The notes beneath the pieces are model-generated. The model had not been told where the DNA came from. It did no database searches and saw only the letters and a program-made list of their open reading frames with translations. A stretch of 64,000 nucleotides of DNA from Gekko japonicus (taxonomy: Eukaryota). The position numbers and the translations under genes are program-made. Shown one piece after another: positions 1 to 12,165 of this stretch. The stretch spans positions 515,980-579,979 of the forward strand of contig NW_015175982.1 in the NCBI RefSeq assembly GCF_001447785.1, in the 5' to 3' direction. Within the stretch, counting starts at the first letter, position 1; every line of letters starts with the position of its first letter.

Positions 1-108
1 TCCTGGCAACACAAGGAAGAGGCACCAACAGAGCAAGAATACCCCAAAATAAATGGCAGTAGAAAGAAAGAAAAATCACAGCATTCCTCAACCTCTTATG
101 TCTCTAGT

Positions 109-506
109 CAGAGGTGTTGAACTCATTTGTTACAAGGGTTGTATCTGACATAAATGTCAATTTGTTGGGCTGGGCCATGCGTGCCATAAAATGTAATGCC
201 AGGTACAGGAGATATAAACTTTATAAAGAACACAGGCAAACCCAATTAATGATGTTATATTTTATTCAAAATACAAACATGCTTAAAACATTAACAGTAT
301 TTTACAGTATTTCCTTAAAGTATCTCCCTGATGCCAACCCTCTCACTTCTACCGCCCATTACTCGTTACAACTGGCATAGTATACAGGGATACAATGAAC
401 AGCCTCTATCATCTGGCAATGAAGGTAATGACCAGTTGCTGGTGGGCCAGATAAGAGCCCTAGAGGGGCCAGTTTTGGCCCACGAGCTGTATGTTTGACA
501 CTCCTG
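109..506. mobile_element. Non-autonomous hAT (Charlie-like) DNA transposon
   Basis: TIRs cagaggtgttgaac / gtttgacactcctg; ctctag on both flanks; homologous to 59317-60771. Confidence 0.8.
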
Positions 507-527
507 CTCTAGGATTTGGAAGAATAA

Positions 528-612
528 AACAGAAGTCCAGTGGCACTGTAAAGACTACCAACATTCCTTTCAATATGAGTTTTCATGAGTCACAGCTCAC
601 TTCTTCAGAAAG
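528..612 (-). mobile_element. Penelope-like element terminal (pLTR) fragment with hammerhead-like core
   Basis: Minus strand CTGAAGA-agtgagctgtgactcat-GAAA followed by ...gtctttacagtgccactggac; related copies at 12005, 21375, 29900 and 55680. Confidence 0.6.
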
Positions 613-689
613 ATATGTGGAGGAAAATTATACTGGGCATTCTTATGGTGAGGATTAGATGGGGGGAAGCAAAGCAGAGAGGCTTGGTG

Positions 690-1065
690 TACGGTTGCCA
701 GGTCCCCTTGCTGTGCCAGGGGGTGGATTTGGGGGACATTCCGGGACATTCCCCGATGCAATGATGTCACCCAGAAGTGATATCATTGCGTTGGCAACGC
801 CACGCTGGATGTTCTGGTTTGAGGGCAAAACTCTCTAGTTTTAGGCCAAATTTACCATAGAGTTTTGCCCTTAAACCAGAAGGCCCCGCATGACGTCCGT
901 AACGTAATGACTTCACTTCCAGGTGACGTTATCATGTTGGGGATGTCACACTGGAATGTGGCTTTTTGTGGGCGGGGTTTTCCCTGCTGGCCAGCTGGCT
1001 GAGAGCAGGCTGAAGCCCCTAAAACTGAAGGGACCACTGCCGGGACCTGGGGACTGGCAACCCTC
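690..1065. mobile_element. hAT-type foldback MITE
   Basis: TIR tacggttgccag / ctggcaaccctc; 8-bp TSD gcttggtg/tcttcgtg (6/8); long internal inverted repeat. Confidence 0.75.
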
Positions 1066-1370
1066 TCTTCGTGTGACTTTTGCCAAAGCTTTTAAATGTA
1101 AATTCTCTATGTCAGGGGGAAAGGGAGGAGCACAGATAGAAAGGTTAGGTGTGAATCATGTCATAAATCAAAATAAAATCCCTGCTCTCTCATGCAAGCC
1201 TGCCAGGTGACTAGGTGACTTTGGGCCAGCACTCTGAGCCTACCCTGCCTTACAGGGGTTTTGCCGTGTGGATAAAAATGGAGGAGGGGAGAACAATTTT
1301 GTCAGCTGCTTTGGGTCCCCCTACTGGGGATAAAAGTGAGATATAAAAATAAATACACAATAAATAAAGT

Positions 1371-1951
1371 CCTGTGAGGAAACCTTGAAGGAGCTGGGTA
1401 TGTTTAGCCTGGAGAGGAGACGACTGAGAGGTGATACGATAACCATCTTCAAGGGCTGTTTTCTGTTGCCCCAGAAGGTCGGACCAGAACCAACAGGTTG
1501 AAATTAAATCAGAAGAGTTTTCGGCTAGACATTAGGAAGAACTTCCTGACAGTTAGAGTGGTTCCTCAGTGGAACAGGCTTCCTCAGGAGGTGGTGGGCT
1601 CTTCTTTGGAGGTTTTCAAACAGAGGCTAGATAGCTATCTGTCAGCAATGCTGATTCTGTGAACTTAGGCAGATCATGAGAGGGAGGGCAGGAAGGATTG
1701 CCTCAGTGCTTAGTTCTCGTGGCCCTTTCTTACACACCCAGGGAAATGCTGATCGCCACTTTGGGGTCAGGAAGGAATTTTCTCCAGGCCAATTTGGCCC
1801 GGGATCCTGGAGGGTCCCCCCTCCCCCTCTTCTGGAAATGGAGCAGGGGTCACTGGGGGTATGGGGGGAGGTATTTGTGGATTTCCTGCATTGTGCAGGG
1901 AGTTGGGACTAGATGACCCTGGAGGTCCCTTCCAACTCTATGATTCTATGA
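1371..1951 (+). mobile_element. CR1 LINE 3' fragment
   Basis: ELGMFSLERRRLRGD-type ORF2 end; 3'UTR ending ccttccaactctatgattctatga. Confidence 0.9.
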
Positions 1952-2160
1952 AATATGATGAGTGGTCCTACCAAAGTCAGGGTATAGGCCTCTGCATGCT
2001 GACTGCACTCCAACTGTCTAGACACAAAGACATATAATGTTTTAAATCTTATTTTCTGTCTAATCATAGCACCATGGAAATGTCCCATAGGCTGTTTCTG
2101 CTCAATTTACCAGTCTTCTGTGGATTTGTACACAAATGAGGAAAAAACAGGGAGATCAGG

Positions 2161-2213
2161 NNNNNNNNNNNNNNNNNNNNNNNNNNNNNNNNNNNNNNNN
2201 NNNNNNNNNNNNN
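2161..2213. other. Assembly gap
   Basis: Run of N. Confidence 1.
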
Positions 2214-2362
2214 GGGAAAACGACTGATTAGATCTGGGAGCCTAACCCTAGCATTGCCCTATATAAAAGTTAATAAAATACAATTTGAATAACTCCAATA
2301 AATAAATATAAGCAGAAACACACACCTTCTGCATCCTCCTCCCCCAGAGTTCCATTCCATCA

Positions 2363-2545
<183 letters not shown>

Positions 2546-2781
2546 CTAGCAGTCCTCTGCCTACCCTTGTAATACTCTGAACATCTGAGTCCCTTTGTCT
2601 GCAGCTCTAGCCTCCTGTCACACTAGGGCAACTTAGTCCAGCTACTGCTAACATACAGAATGATCCTCAAATGGGATAAGATGTTCCATAAGGAAGCTGT
2701 ACTTGCCCCTTGCTATGACGGCCTTGTTCCCTAGCATTTGTTTGTTTTATTTGTATCCTGCCCTCCCCGCTGAGGCAGGCT

Positions 2782-2955
2782 NNNNNNNNNNNNNNNNNNN
2801 NNNNNNNNNNNNNNNNNNNNNNNNNNNNNNNNNNNNNNNNNNNNNNNNNNNNNNNNNNNNNNNNNNNNNNNNNNNNNNNNNNNNNNNNNNNNNNNNNNNN
2901 NNNNNNNNNNNNNNNNNNNNNNNNNNNNNNNNNNNNNNNNNNNNNNNNNNNNNNN
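2782..2955. other. Assembly gap
   Basis: Run of N. Confidence 1.
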
Positions 2956-2970
2956 GCCTGTTGTGGCTCT

Positions 2971-3254
2971 AGAAAGAGAAGAAGAAGAGATTGGATTTAT
3001 ACCCCGCCCTTCACTTGGAGTCTCAGAGTGGCTTACAAACTCCTTTCCCTTCCCCTCCCCACAACAGACACCCTGTGAGGTGGGTGGGGCTGAGAGAACT
3101 CTGACACAAACTGCTCTTTTTCAAGCACAGCTGTGCCAGAGCTTGTGACTGACCCAAGGTCACATCAGCAGGTGCAAGTGGAGGAGTGGGGAATCAAGCC
3201 CGGTTCTCCCAGATTAGAGTCCGCACACTTAACCACTACACCAAACTGGCTCTC
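2971..3254 (-). mobile_element. tRNA-derived SINE (Squam3-like)
   Basis: Head gagagccagtttggtgtagtggttaag (A box), B-box-like motif, (CTT)n tail; many copies in the window. Confidence 0.85.
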
Positions 3255-3663
3255 ACACCAAATTGGCTCTCATGCTCTGGGAGAGGCTCTGGGAGAGTGT
3301 GAAGGCCTTGGACACTCAGTGTCAATTTGCTGTGGTGACCTCAGCAGGGTGCAATGACACATTTGGCCCTTGTTCAATATGTGCCACGCAGCAATAGCTG
3401 TGGTGGCGTTAGCAGAAGCAGGAATCAGACTGGACCTTTTGGTGCACTGCTTCCATCTGCTCTCCACGTCTCTTGCCTCTGTTCTGCCTTTCACCTTGCA
3501 CTTTCACCTCCACTGCTCTCCTCTGTTTTGGCCCCACCCACGCATTTAAGATCATCTTCAGAAATTTGTTTCCTTTGTGTTCAAACATGGATCTTCAAAG
3601 GAAAAATAAAGGGTTACAGAAGGTAAAGGGGGCTGGGACCCTTTGGGACATTTCAGATCTTAC

Positions 3664-3731
3664 CTGCTAACCTTACAGGCCTTGTACCAGCCACCATACT
3701 CTGCATAAGGGGTGTTGTCTCTGTGCTTGCC
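3664..3731 (-). CDS. KLC4: KLC4 coding exon 10
   Basis: Not in the ORF track; translated by hand as [23 protein letters not shown]; ctccag| acceptor, |gtaaga donor; 68 nt. Confidence 0.95.
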
Positions 3732-3869
3732 CTGGAGAAGAAGAGGAGAAAGAGAAGATCTGTTAGGACAACCAAACCATCAGCACTTTGCAGGCCACAG
3801 TCAGAATGTGCCTTTCTAACTGAACACTAGCATGTAACAGAGATGTAGATCTGTTACCTTGCAGCCCTT

Positions 3870-4720
3870 TGTTAAAATATTTCTATTCCAAAATTTTCCA
3901 AAATATGCTCAATTGCAGCTTATGAAGTAACCAATATACATATTACAATATTAAACCAAAAAACAGCATTAAAATTACCAAAACAAGAACACCACTCAAT
4001 GAAAACAAGACGACTAGTTACAGGACAGCTAAATCAGAATGAAATTAGGAAATCAGCCAAAGACACTAGAGAACTGATTGGCATTTGCCTGGCGCTTGAA
4101 TGTTAACAAAGTGCTAGGTGGGTCTTTCTAGGCTGGGAATTTCAGAATCAGGCCACAACCACCACTACCCTATCTGTAGTCATCACCCACCTCATCTCCA
4201 ATGACAAGGAGACCTAAAGAAAGACCCCTAAGAAAGTCAGCAGGTCCACATGGGAATAGGTGGTCTTTCTGATACTCTAGCCCCAACTGTTCAAAGTTTT
4301 ACAAGATAAAACCAAGTCTTTTAATTCCACTCAAGAACAAAGCCAGGAGCCAATGAAGAGCTTCCAGTAATTTCCCAAAGGCAGCCCCCTAAGCAATACA
4401 TCAGATGACTGTAAACTTGACATGACCAGAGCATGTATAACTGTGCCAAGGTCATTCCTTTCCAAGAAAGGTTGCAGCTGGTTCACCATAAAAGTGGTTA
4501 GAGCCCAAAATAAAGCTGGTTCTAAAAGCATCCCCAACCAGCATATCTGATTCTTCAAGGGGAGTGTAACACTGTCAGCCCAGGCAGAAACCCATCTCCA
4601 TGGCCTAGTAATCCCTCCCACCAATAGCTCCTCTGTTTTGTCCAGACTGATCTTCAGTTAGCCCTGGACTAGCCCATTAATGACTCCAAACACCTGTTCT
4701 GCACAGGTACTTACTGCACT
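3870..4720 (-). mobile_element. Old L2 LINE fragment
   Basis: ORF 4331-4624 LQPFLERNDLGTVIHALVMSSL...LLRGLP resembles the L2 ORF2 C-terminus; boundaries approximate. Confidence 0.7.
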
Positions 4721-6590
4721 CTTTGATTAGTACTAGGATGATTAACACAGGGGCATGCACTGAGGTTAGCTGGCATCTCCAGGCCAGGGGATGGACAGAA
4801 GATCTATTTAAGTCAATGTTTGTAATTCTTAGGCAAGGAAGAAAGCAGTCTCACTGGAAAAGGACATCCAGGTTATCATGGCACCCCAAGGCAAAGCCTG
4901 GAAACGACTCCCCAGAAAGCAGGAGAGTGGGGTCAGACTGAAAAGTTTCCCAGTGAAGATACCCATCAGCTTGGAACTGACACAGAAAAGGTCTTGATTC
5001 TCACCTGGGGAGGACCTACAGGGCAAGTTCTACCCCTGCCCTCCCAAACACATCCACACACACCAAGCACAGAAAAAGGCAAAAAATTCAGGAGAGTGAT
5101 ATACTGATTTTTGGGAAATTAATTTGCACCCAGGATGATTAAGAAGGCAGAGCTGCTAAGCCCCAAGTTTACAAAGAACAGTCAGCACATTTATGTATTG
5201 CAGGCTTACATATCAACAGCACAGTAACTGAAGAATAGGCCCTCTGCTCACATTAGGGTTTGGGCTTAGAAAAAACAAACTGCAAAATGCATAAATGGAG
5301 GATTGTCCATGTTTCAGCATACGAAAATGGATAATGAGTGCATATCTCGTTCAGATACAGAAGCTGCTAGAGTCTGTGCTGACATTTTGGAACTCCAGGG
5401 CCTGAGGGTGAACCAGACACACGCATAAAACACATTTGCAAATGAGCGTGGGCAAAAACATGAACATCCCATGCCTACAAAATGCAGTGCACAGAGAGAC
5501 TGTACAAAAAGTTTGATTGTTGAATTGGAGATTAATCATTAATAGGGTCTAAAATCCTCAGGGAAACAAATGATTAAGCTTCTCAGCACAAGTGTTTATG
5601 GGCTGAAACAAGACTAGCAAGTGAAAGTCAAGCTCCGGCATTTTATCCTGTGCATGCCACCCCTGCCGCCCCATTCCTGAAGCTTCCTGAAACAGATTCC
5701 TCTTTAGCAACAGCTTCCCCTTGGAATTGTGCCCAATTGCTGGCAGGTTATTGTTCCCTCAATATTCTCTGGGGCAGTCGGCCAACATACAGGACTCTGA
5801 TTTGGTCATTAGTTCCCTAGGCTTCAAATATCTTCCTGATTAAAATTCTTTCATAGGTGTTCCTCCGCCAGTCAGTTGCCTTACAGTTCTGAAGTCTGGG
5901 GGAAATCTAAGTTGGTAAAGACCCAAGAGAAATACTGAATGAACTGAAATATATTAATGCCTACAACGTATTACTAAAAAGGTGGAAGAGACAAGCAAAC
6001 CCAAGGCTGCAAAACTGTGTTGGAAGACCAAGGGGACCTGGGTTGTTAATCGAGAATGGATTCATTCATTCAAATGGAAATGGCTTCATTTATTGGGACA
6101 AAACAGGCTGCCCAGATGCCAAATGGCTGATCAGAGTGGAGGTTTTAAACATGCTATATTTTATATCTGTGGTTATGTGTATTTCAGTTATTGTCACCTT
6201 CCCTGGGATTTTGATTTGGACAAGAAATCCAGCTTCTGCCCAGTATAAGATACTCAAGTTTCAGTCCAGGTTCAACACAGCCACCAAAGACATTCTGCAC
6301 AATCACAGTAGGAATACAGTAACCTAGTGGAACACTAGATGGTCAAGTGCTAGTGTAGCCAAAGAGTACCTTCAGGCCTCTTATAAAGCCCATAGCTTTG
6401 TCACAAAACTCTGCTTGGTCTCACACATATGAAATTTATTACATATGTACCTTGCCTTTCCTCCATAGAGCTCAGGGAAGCACACAGGACTCTCACTTCC
6501 CCTGTTTCTCATAAATATGAAGCTACCTTACATATTGGCTCGGTGGTATGGCTCATCCCCTTATCCAGTTGAACCACTGCACTTTAAAGG

Positions 6591-8423
6591 ATGGCTACTG
6601 CCTTAAGTCTGTGCAAAGGACACACAGATCCAACTAACAGGTAAGCGTAAACCTTCCAGGGTATTTCCAAGCCAGAATGATGAAAAGGGATTGACACACA
6701 AGGCATTCTTTAAACTGGGCACTGTCAAGGTTTGCAGTTAAGCAGGGGTTCAGGTTTACTTAGTGCTCCATTCACTCTACAATTCCTCTCATAAATCAGG
6801 AAGGCCTCCAATAACCACATGTTCCTAGTCTAGCTGCAAGCTGAGCTCGAAGAAAAATTATTCATAAACTGCAGGCTTATCTATATTTATCTGGGAATAA
6901 ATGCTATTGATTTCAGTGGTTTACTCTCAACAGTTCAGGTAAAGGATTGTTTATGGTACGTCATGCCTTAGAGAGGTATTTTTGTTTGCGTTGCTTCCCT
7001 AATTTCTGCAATTCTAGTCCTATTGCATTGTTAATGGATGTCTTGTGCTGTCTGACTGAATTGTTTTTTCTGTATTTTGTAATCCACCATGAGGCTCAGT
7101 GAAAAAGGCAGGCTATAAATGAAGTAAATAGGACTGTAAGTCAAGAACCTAAATCTTCTCTCCCCTTGTAGGACAGTTCTGCGGCGGACGTTGTGCTATA
7201 ACCTTAGAAAAGAAGAGTAAATTTTATACCTCACTTTTCCCTGCCCTAAGGAGTCTCAAAGCAGCTTACAATTTCCTTCCTCCTCTCCCCACAGCAGGCC
7301 TTTTGTGAGGTAGGCGAGGCTGAGAGAGTTTGGAGAGAACTGTGACTGGCTCAAGGTCACCCAGCAGGCTTCAGGTGGAGGAGTGGGGCATCAAACTTGG
7401 TTCTCCAGATTAGAGTCCGCTGCTCATAACCATTACACCATGCTGCTTCTCAGAGAGATCTGGTACTTAGATGCTTTTGGATGATAGGCACCATCTTTCA
7501 GTCCTGCAGAATTCTGTTCCTGTGGGTTACTCACCAATTTTGAGCTCCCAAAGTTTCTATTCAGCAGAACCTAATGGAGCAATCCACCTCTTCTTCTCAT
7601 CCCTTCAGTTCTGATGACAAGGGGGATGTCAGCCATCATATCTTGTTTATTCCCCTCACCTGCCACTATCCAGCATCCACCACAAACCATGAACATCTTA
7701 CACAATTCCAAGCCCATTCATAGGAAGGTGACTAAATGTCAACTCACTGACTCTTTCTGAAGCCACACTGTACAAATAATATGCTGAGAAAAACAAAAAG
7801 CAGCTCTTTAGCAAGGTGGGTTTTATGCCTTTTAATAGCACAAGACAGAAATGAGAAGCCAAGCATGCCAGTCGATGACAACATGGTAAGGAATGGAAGC
7901 CTGGCCTCTGGAATCAGAACACATTACAAGTCAGGGGAGAAGCTCCTTATTCCAGCAATGTATGACCTCATTCTTCTCCATTCATTGAAAAAGTCCCTGT
8001 TTTGTCATTCTGGAAAGCTCTGTCTAACTTCTGCATTTAAAAAGCTGATAAAGCTTATCAGTAAAGAACATGTTCCCCATTCATAGTTCCAGTGAACCCT
8101 TAACTCATCTGGCAGCTTTAGGCAACTGTTTCTTCACCTCTGATAAAGCAATAATGTTACTGATCTAACCCAAAAGGGTTTGTATTAATTCCTGCAATGG
8201 TATATGCAACTCTGAGCTCTTAATGTGCCTGTAGCTTTCCCCCCAAGTATTATCCAGCAGGAGGCCTTGAGCAATCAAAACGAAGGCTTGCAATGGATAC
8301 ACCAACTAGCTATAACTTTCCCCACAACTGTAGAACTTTGAAAGTTCATCGGCATATGGCGGGACAAGAGACAATTTCAGCCTCAAGCGCAGGTTGGACT
8401 TTGGTGATGGACTTAAATCTTGA
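6591..8423 (+). pseudogene. Candidate nested antisense multi-exon gene or pseudogene inside a KLC4 intron; product unidentified
   Basis: Exon-like units 6569-6640, 7172-7216, 7609-7727, 7839-7885 and 8334-8423 with AG/GT sites and matching phases; one in-frame TAG at 7721; AATAAA at 8633. Confidence 0.35.
7206..7451 (-). mobile_element. tRNA-derived SINE (Squam3-like)
   Basis: Homologous to 2971-3254. Confidence 0.85.
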
Positions 8424-9662
8424 AGCAGCTGAAGTAAAGAGGAGAACTAATGGCAGATGGGGAAGGATCCACGTCTTATGCTCCACGGTCTTCCAGTCTC
8501 TCTTCCCAGTGTCCATGGGTGCAGAGTCATTAGCAAGATAAGGCAGGCACTAGCCAGCAAAAAAAGATACTTCCGCTAGTAGACACTTGAAGGAAAATGG
8601 TGGGAGCAAGTTGTTGTGGTCTCACGTTCAGGAATAAAAGCTCTTCCCAGTGGCTTCCTAGATGCTCATTTCCAGAATCCAGCTCAGGCATTATGCAAAG
8701 TTTAAAGGTTCAGTAGCATGTATGAAAGAGGTGCTGAGGGAACACCTTGCAGGGTCCCCCCCCCCCCAACAACATGAGAAGAAATGAGGCCAGTGGGGGA
8801 AAAACTTGATAGAAACAAAAATATCCAAGATGATCAAGCTGAAGAACGCTGATGCCTTGCAGTGAAACCCCCCAAACAGTACTAGACCTCAGAAGGGAAG
8901 GCACCCACTCATTAAAAGCACTAGCATAAGGAATCTAGTCTAGGGAGCAGCCAATTTCAGCTCAAGGATATATAGAAAAACTCTCATTCAAGCCAAGTGG
9001 TAACCAGCTGGCTCCTTGCAGCCCATGGTCTAGGTGGGGAGCAAGAATCAGTGCTCAGTAGCGTGGTGGTCACATACAGGGGAGCACTGCTCCCATTTTG
9101 TATTCTGTATCAATGCCAAATTATTTCCTGACTGCAGAGTTGGATCCTTCTATTCACCAGCTCCAAGGCAGCAGACAGAAACATCCAGAACATCCAGCAA
9201 GAGATTCTATGTGCTGCCCAGAAGGGCATGAATGAAAGCAGGCTTGCTGGCTCACCCTAAACATCATCAGCTCCACCTGACACACACTCCTAAACCATCT
9301 GTCCCGCGGGAGGCAATTTAGAGAGCCTGGCCACGATCCAATAAAGAAGGAACTGTCAGCCTGCAGTTTTAAGATACAATGTGGTCCATGTTACATGTCT
9401 GGGAAGCAGAGCTACTCATCAAACATGTGTCAGACATTAGATCAGATTTCTAAAAATGGCATTGAGATGGAAGGAGTAAATTGCTTCTGCCAGAGGAAGT
9501 CTTTATATGCCCTATCTGTGAACCACTCTGCAAGAGGGAACATCAGTGTCCATCAGCTCAGCTCAAAGGCACATCAAGTTCCTGCCCTATACCTTGCATT
9601 GTAGGTTTCCCAAAAAGCCAGGGACCATTGTTCACTGTGCTAGAGGCAGGAGGTAGTGAATT

Positions 9663-9978
9663 ATGGAATTCACTACCACAGGAAGTGGTGGCGGCTACAA
9701 GCATGGACGGCTTCAAAAGGGAATTAGATAAGCATATGGAGCAGAGATTCATCAGTGGCTATTAGCCACAAGGTATAGATAGGGGCTCTGGGGCAAGTGA
9801 TGCTCTGTCTTCTTGGTGCTTGGGGGGGGGGGTCAACAGTGGGAGGGCTTCTAATGTCCTGGCCCCACCGGTGGACCTCCTGATGGCACTGGTATTTCTG
9901 GCCACTGTGTGATATAGAGTGTTGGACGGGATGGGCCTTTGGCCTGATCCAACATTGGCGTCTCTTATGTTCTTATGA
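9663..9978 (+). mobile_element. CR1 LINE 3' end (young subfamily)
   Basis: WNSLPQEVVAATSMDGFKRELD plus 3'UTR with ttatgttcttatg tail; near-identical to 27811-28115. Confidence 0.9.
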
Positions 9979-10631
9979 GCCCTTCTCCTAAGGGCCTTCT
10001 GCTTTTTGAAGCTCTAACAGAGGAACTTTGCTCATTTCCTGGTCTCTTCCCAGTGTAGGGGGGGTGTCGTCTAATAATTGGCGTTCCTAGAATTGGCAGG
10101 CCTGAAGCAGGAGGTGCTCAGGGAAGGGGTGATGGTGCAGAAGGCTGAAGCTTCTTCCCATTCTGTTGCCTAACCCTGATTTACCAAATGGACTTCCAAA
10201 TGAGCAAACAGAGAGGCTTGGCATTTTTTCAAAAGTCTCCCTGATTCTGGAAATGTCTGTGGCTCAGACACCTGCTGCGATTCCTCCATCTTCCACTGTC
10301 CAGTACGTCCTAAGGAGTACACTATAAGCAAAGAGAAAACATGCAGGCACTGGAAAAACACACCAACTCCCTCCAGAGAAAACCACTCCAGAATGTGATT
10401 CTTACACCCACCCACCCTTGGTGAACAGCTGCTCTCTCCACCCCTTCGCAAAAGGCTGCTGCTTTAACTATCCAGGGCTCCTCTGCAAGTGCCAGCAGAC
10501 AGATGCCATATCCTCAGACACCCTACGGCAAAGAGAGGATGCTGCCGTTTCCCCGGTATAGTATATGTGACCTTCATCAGCTCAAGCATAGGGCAGATCC
10601 TTGCCAGGTAACAGTACCCTTTGGAACTCAC

Positions 10632-10684
10632 CTTGCTCATCTCTTCTCTTTCTTCCGCATGCATCCATATAGGCTTGTGTTCAT
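10632..10684 (-). CDS. KLC4: KLC4 coding exon 9
   Basis: DEHKPIWMHAEEREEMSK; 53 nt; |gtgagt donor. Confidence 0.96.
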
Positions 10685-10937
10685 CTGCAGGCAAAAAAGA
10701 CCAAGAGGAGGAAAAAAGACACACTGATAATTCCAGAGGAACAATTTCTCTATGCTACATGCAGTGATTACTGTAAAGGATGCCAATCTGTTAACTGTCA
10801 GGTAATTTATTTAAGTAGGCCATGAAGAAAGTAGGCAGTACTTGTGCTGTGGACAACATGTGGCTTTTTTTCCTGTTTGGAGTGGCACAGAAATCAGACC
10901 AAACAGCCACCGTGCGACCTGATGGCTTTCTACACTA

Positions 10938-11207
<270 letters not shown>

Positions 11208-11210
11208 CTA

Positions 11211-11576
<366 letters not shown>

Positions 11577-11579
11577 TCA

Positions 11580-11870
<291 letters not shown>

Positions 11871-12004
11871 TTAGAGCCAAGGAAGAGCAAGGGGGAGCTG
11901 AAAAGAAACCGGGATAGGCGGGATAGGTCGAGTATCTCAGCAATGTTCATTGAAACCCCGTCACATTGCAACCTCTGCTAGGGAAAGCACCCAAAGCGTT
12001 TCAA

Positions 12005-12165
12005 TGTGTAGCCCTGTTGGTCTGCAGGAGAACAGCTAGATTCCACTCCAGTGGCACCTCAGAGACCAACAAGATTTTGAAGGGTATGAGCTTTCGAGAA
12101 TCAAAGCTCATACCCCCCAAAATCTTATTTGGTCTCTACGGTGCGACTGGAGTGGAATCCAGTTG
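12005..12165. mobile_element. Penelope-like terminal repeats in inverted orientation
   Basis: About 56-bp arms across 12039-12159 around an 8-nt loop. Confidence 0.65.

Noticed and set aside
9250-9365. Minus-strand frame ADSSFFIGSWPG...WFRSVC faintly resembling a caspase small subunit
   Set aside because: Only a few scattered residues match, with no QACRG motif or other caspase exons nearby; likely chance.
10575-10612. GKDLPYA frame resembling the next KLC4 exon (TPYAEYGGW)
   Set aside because: It ends in a stop and lacks an acceptor; the true exon is at 3664-3731.
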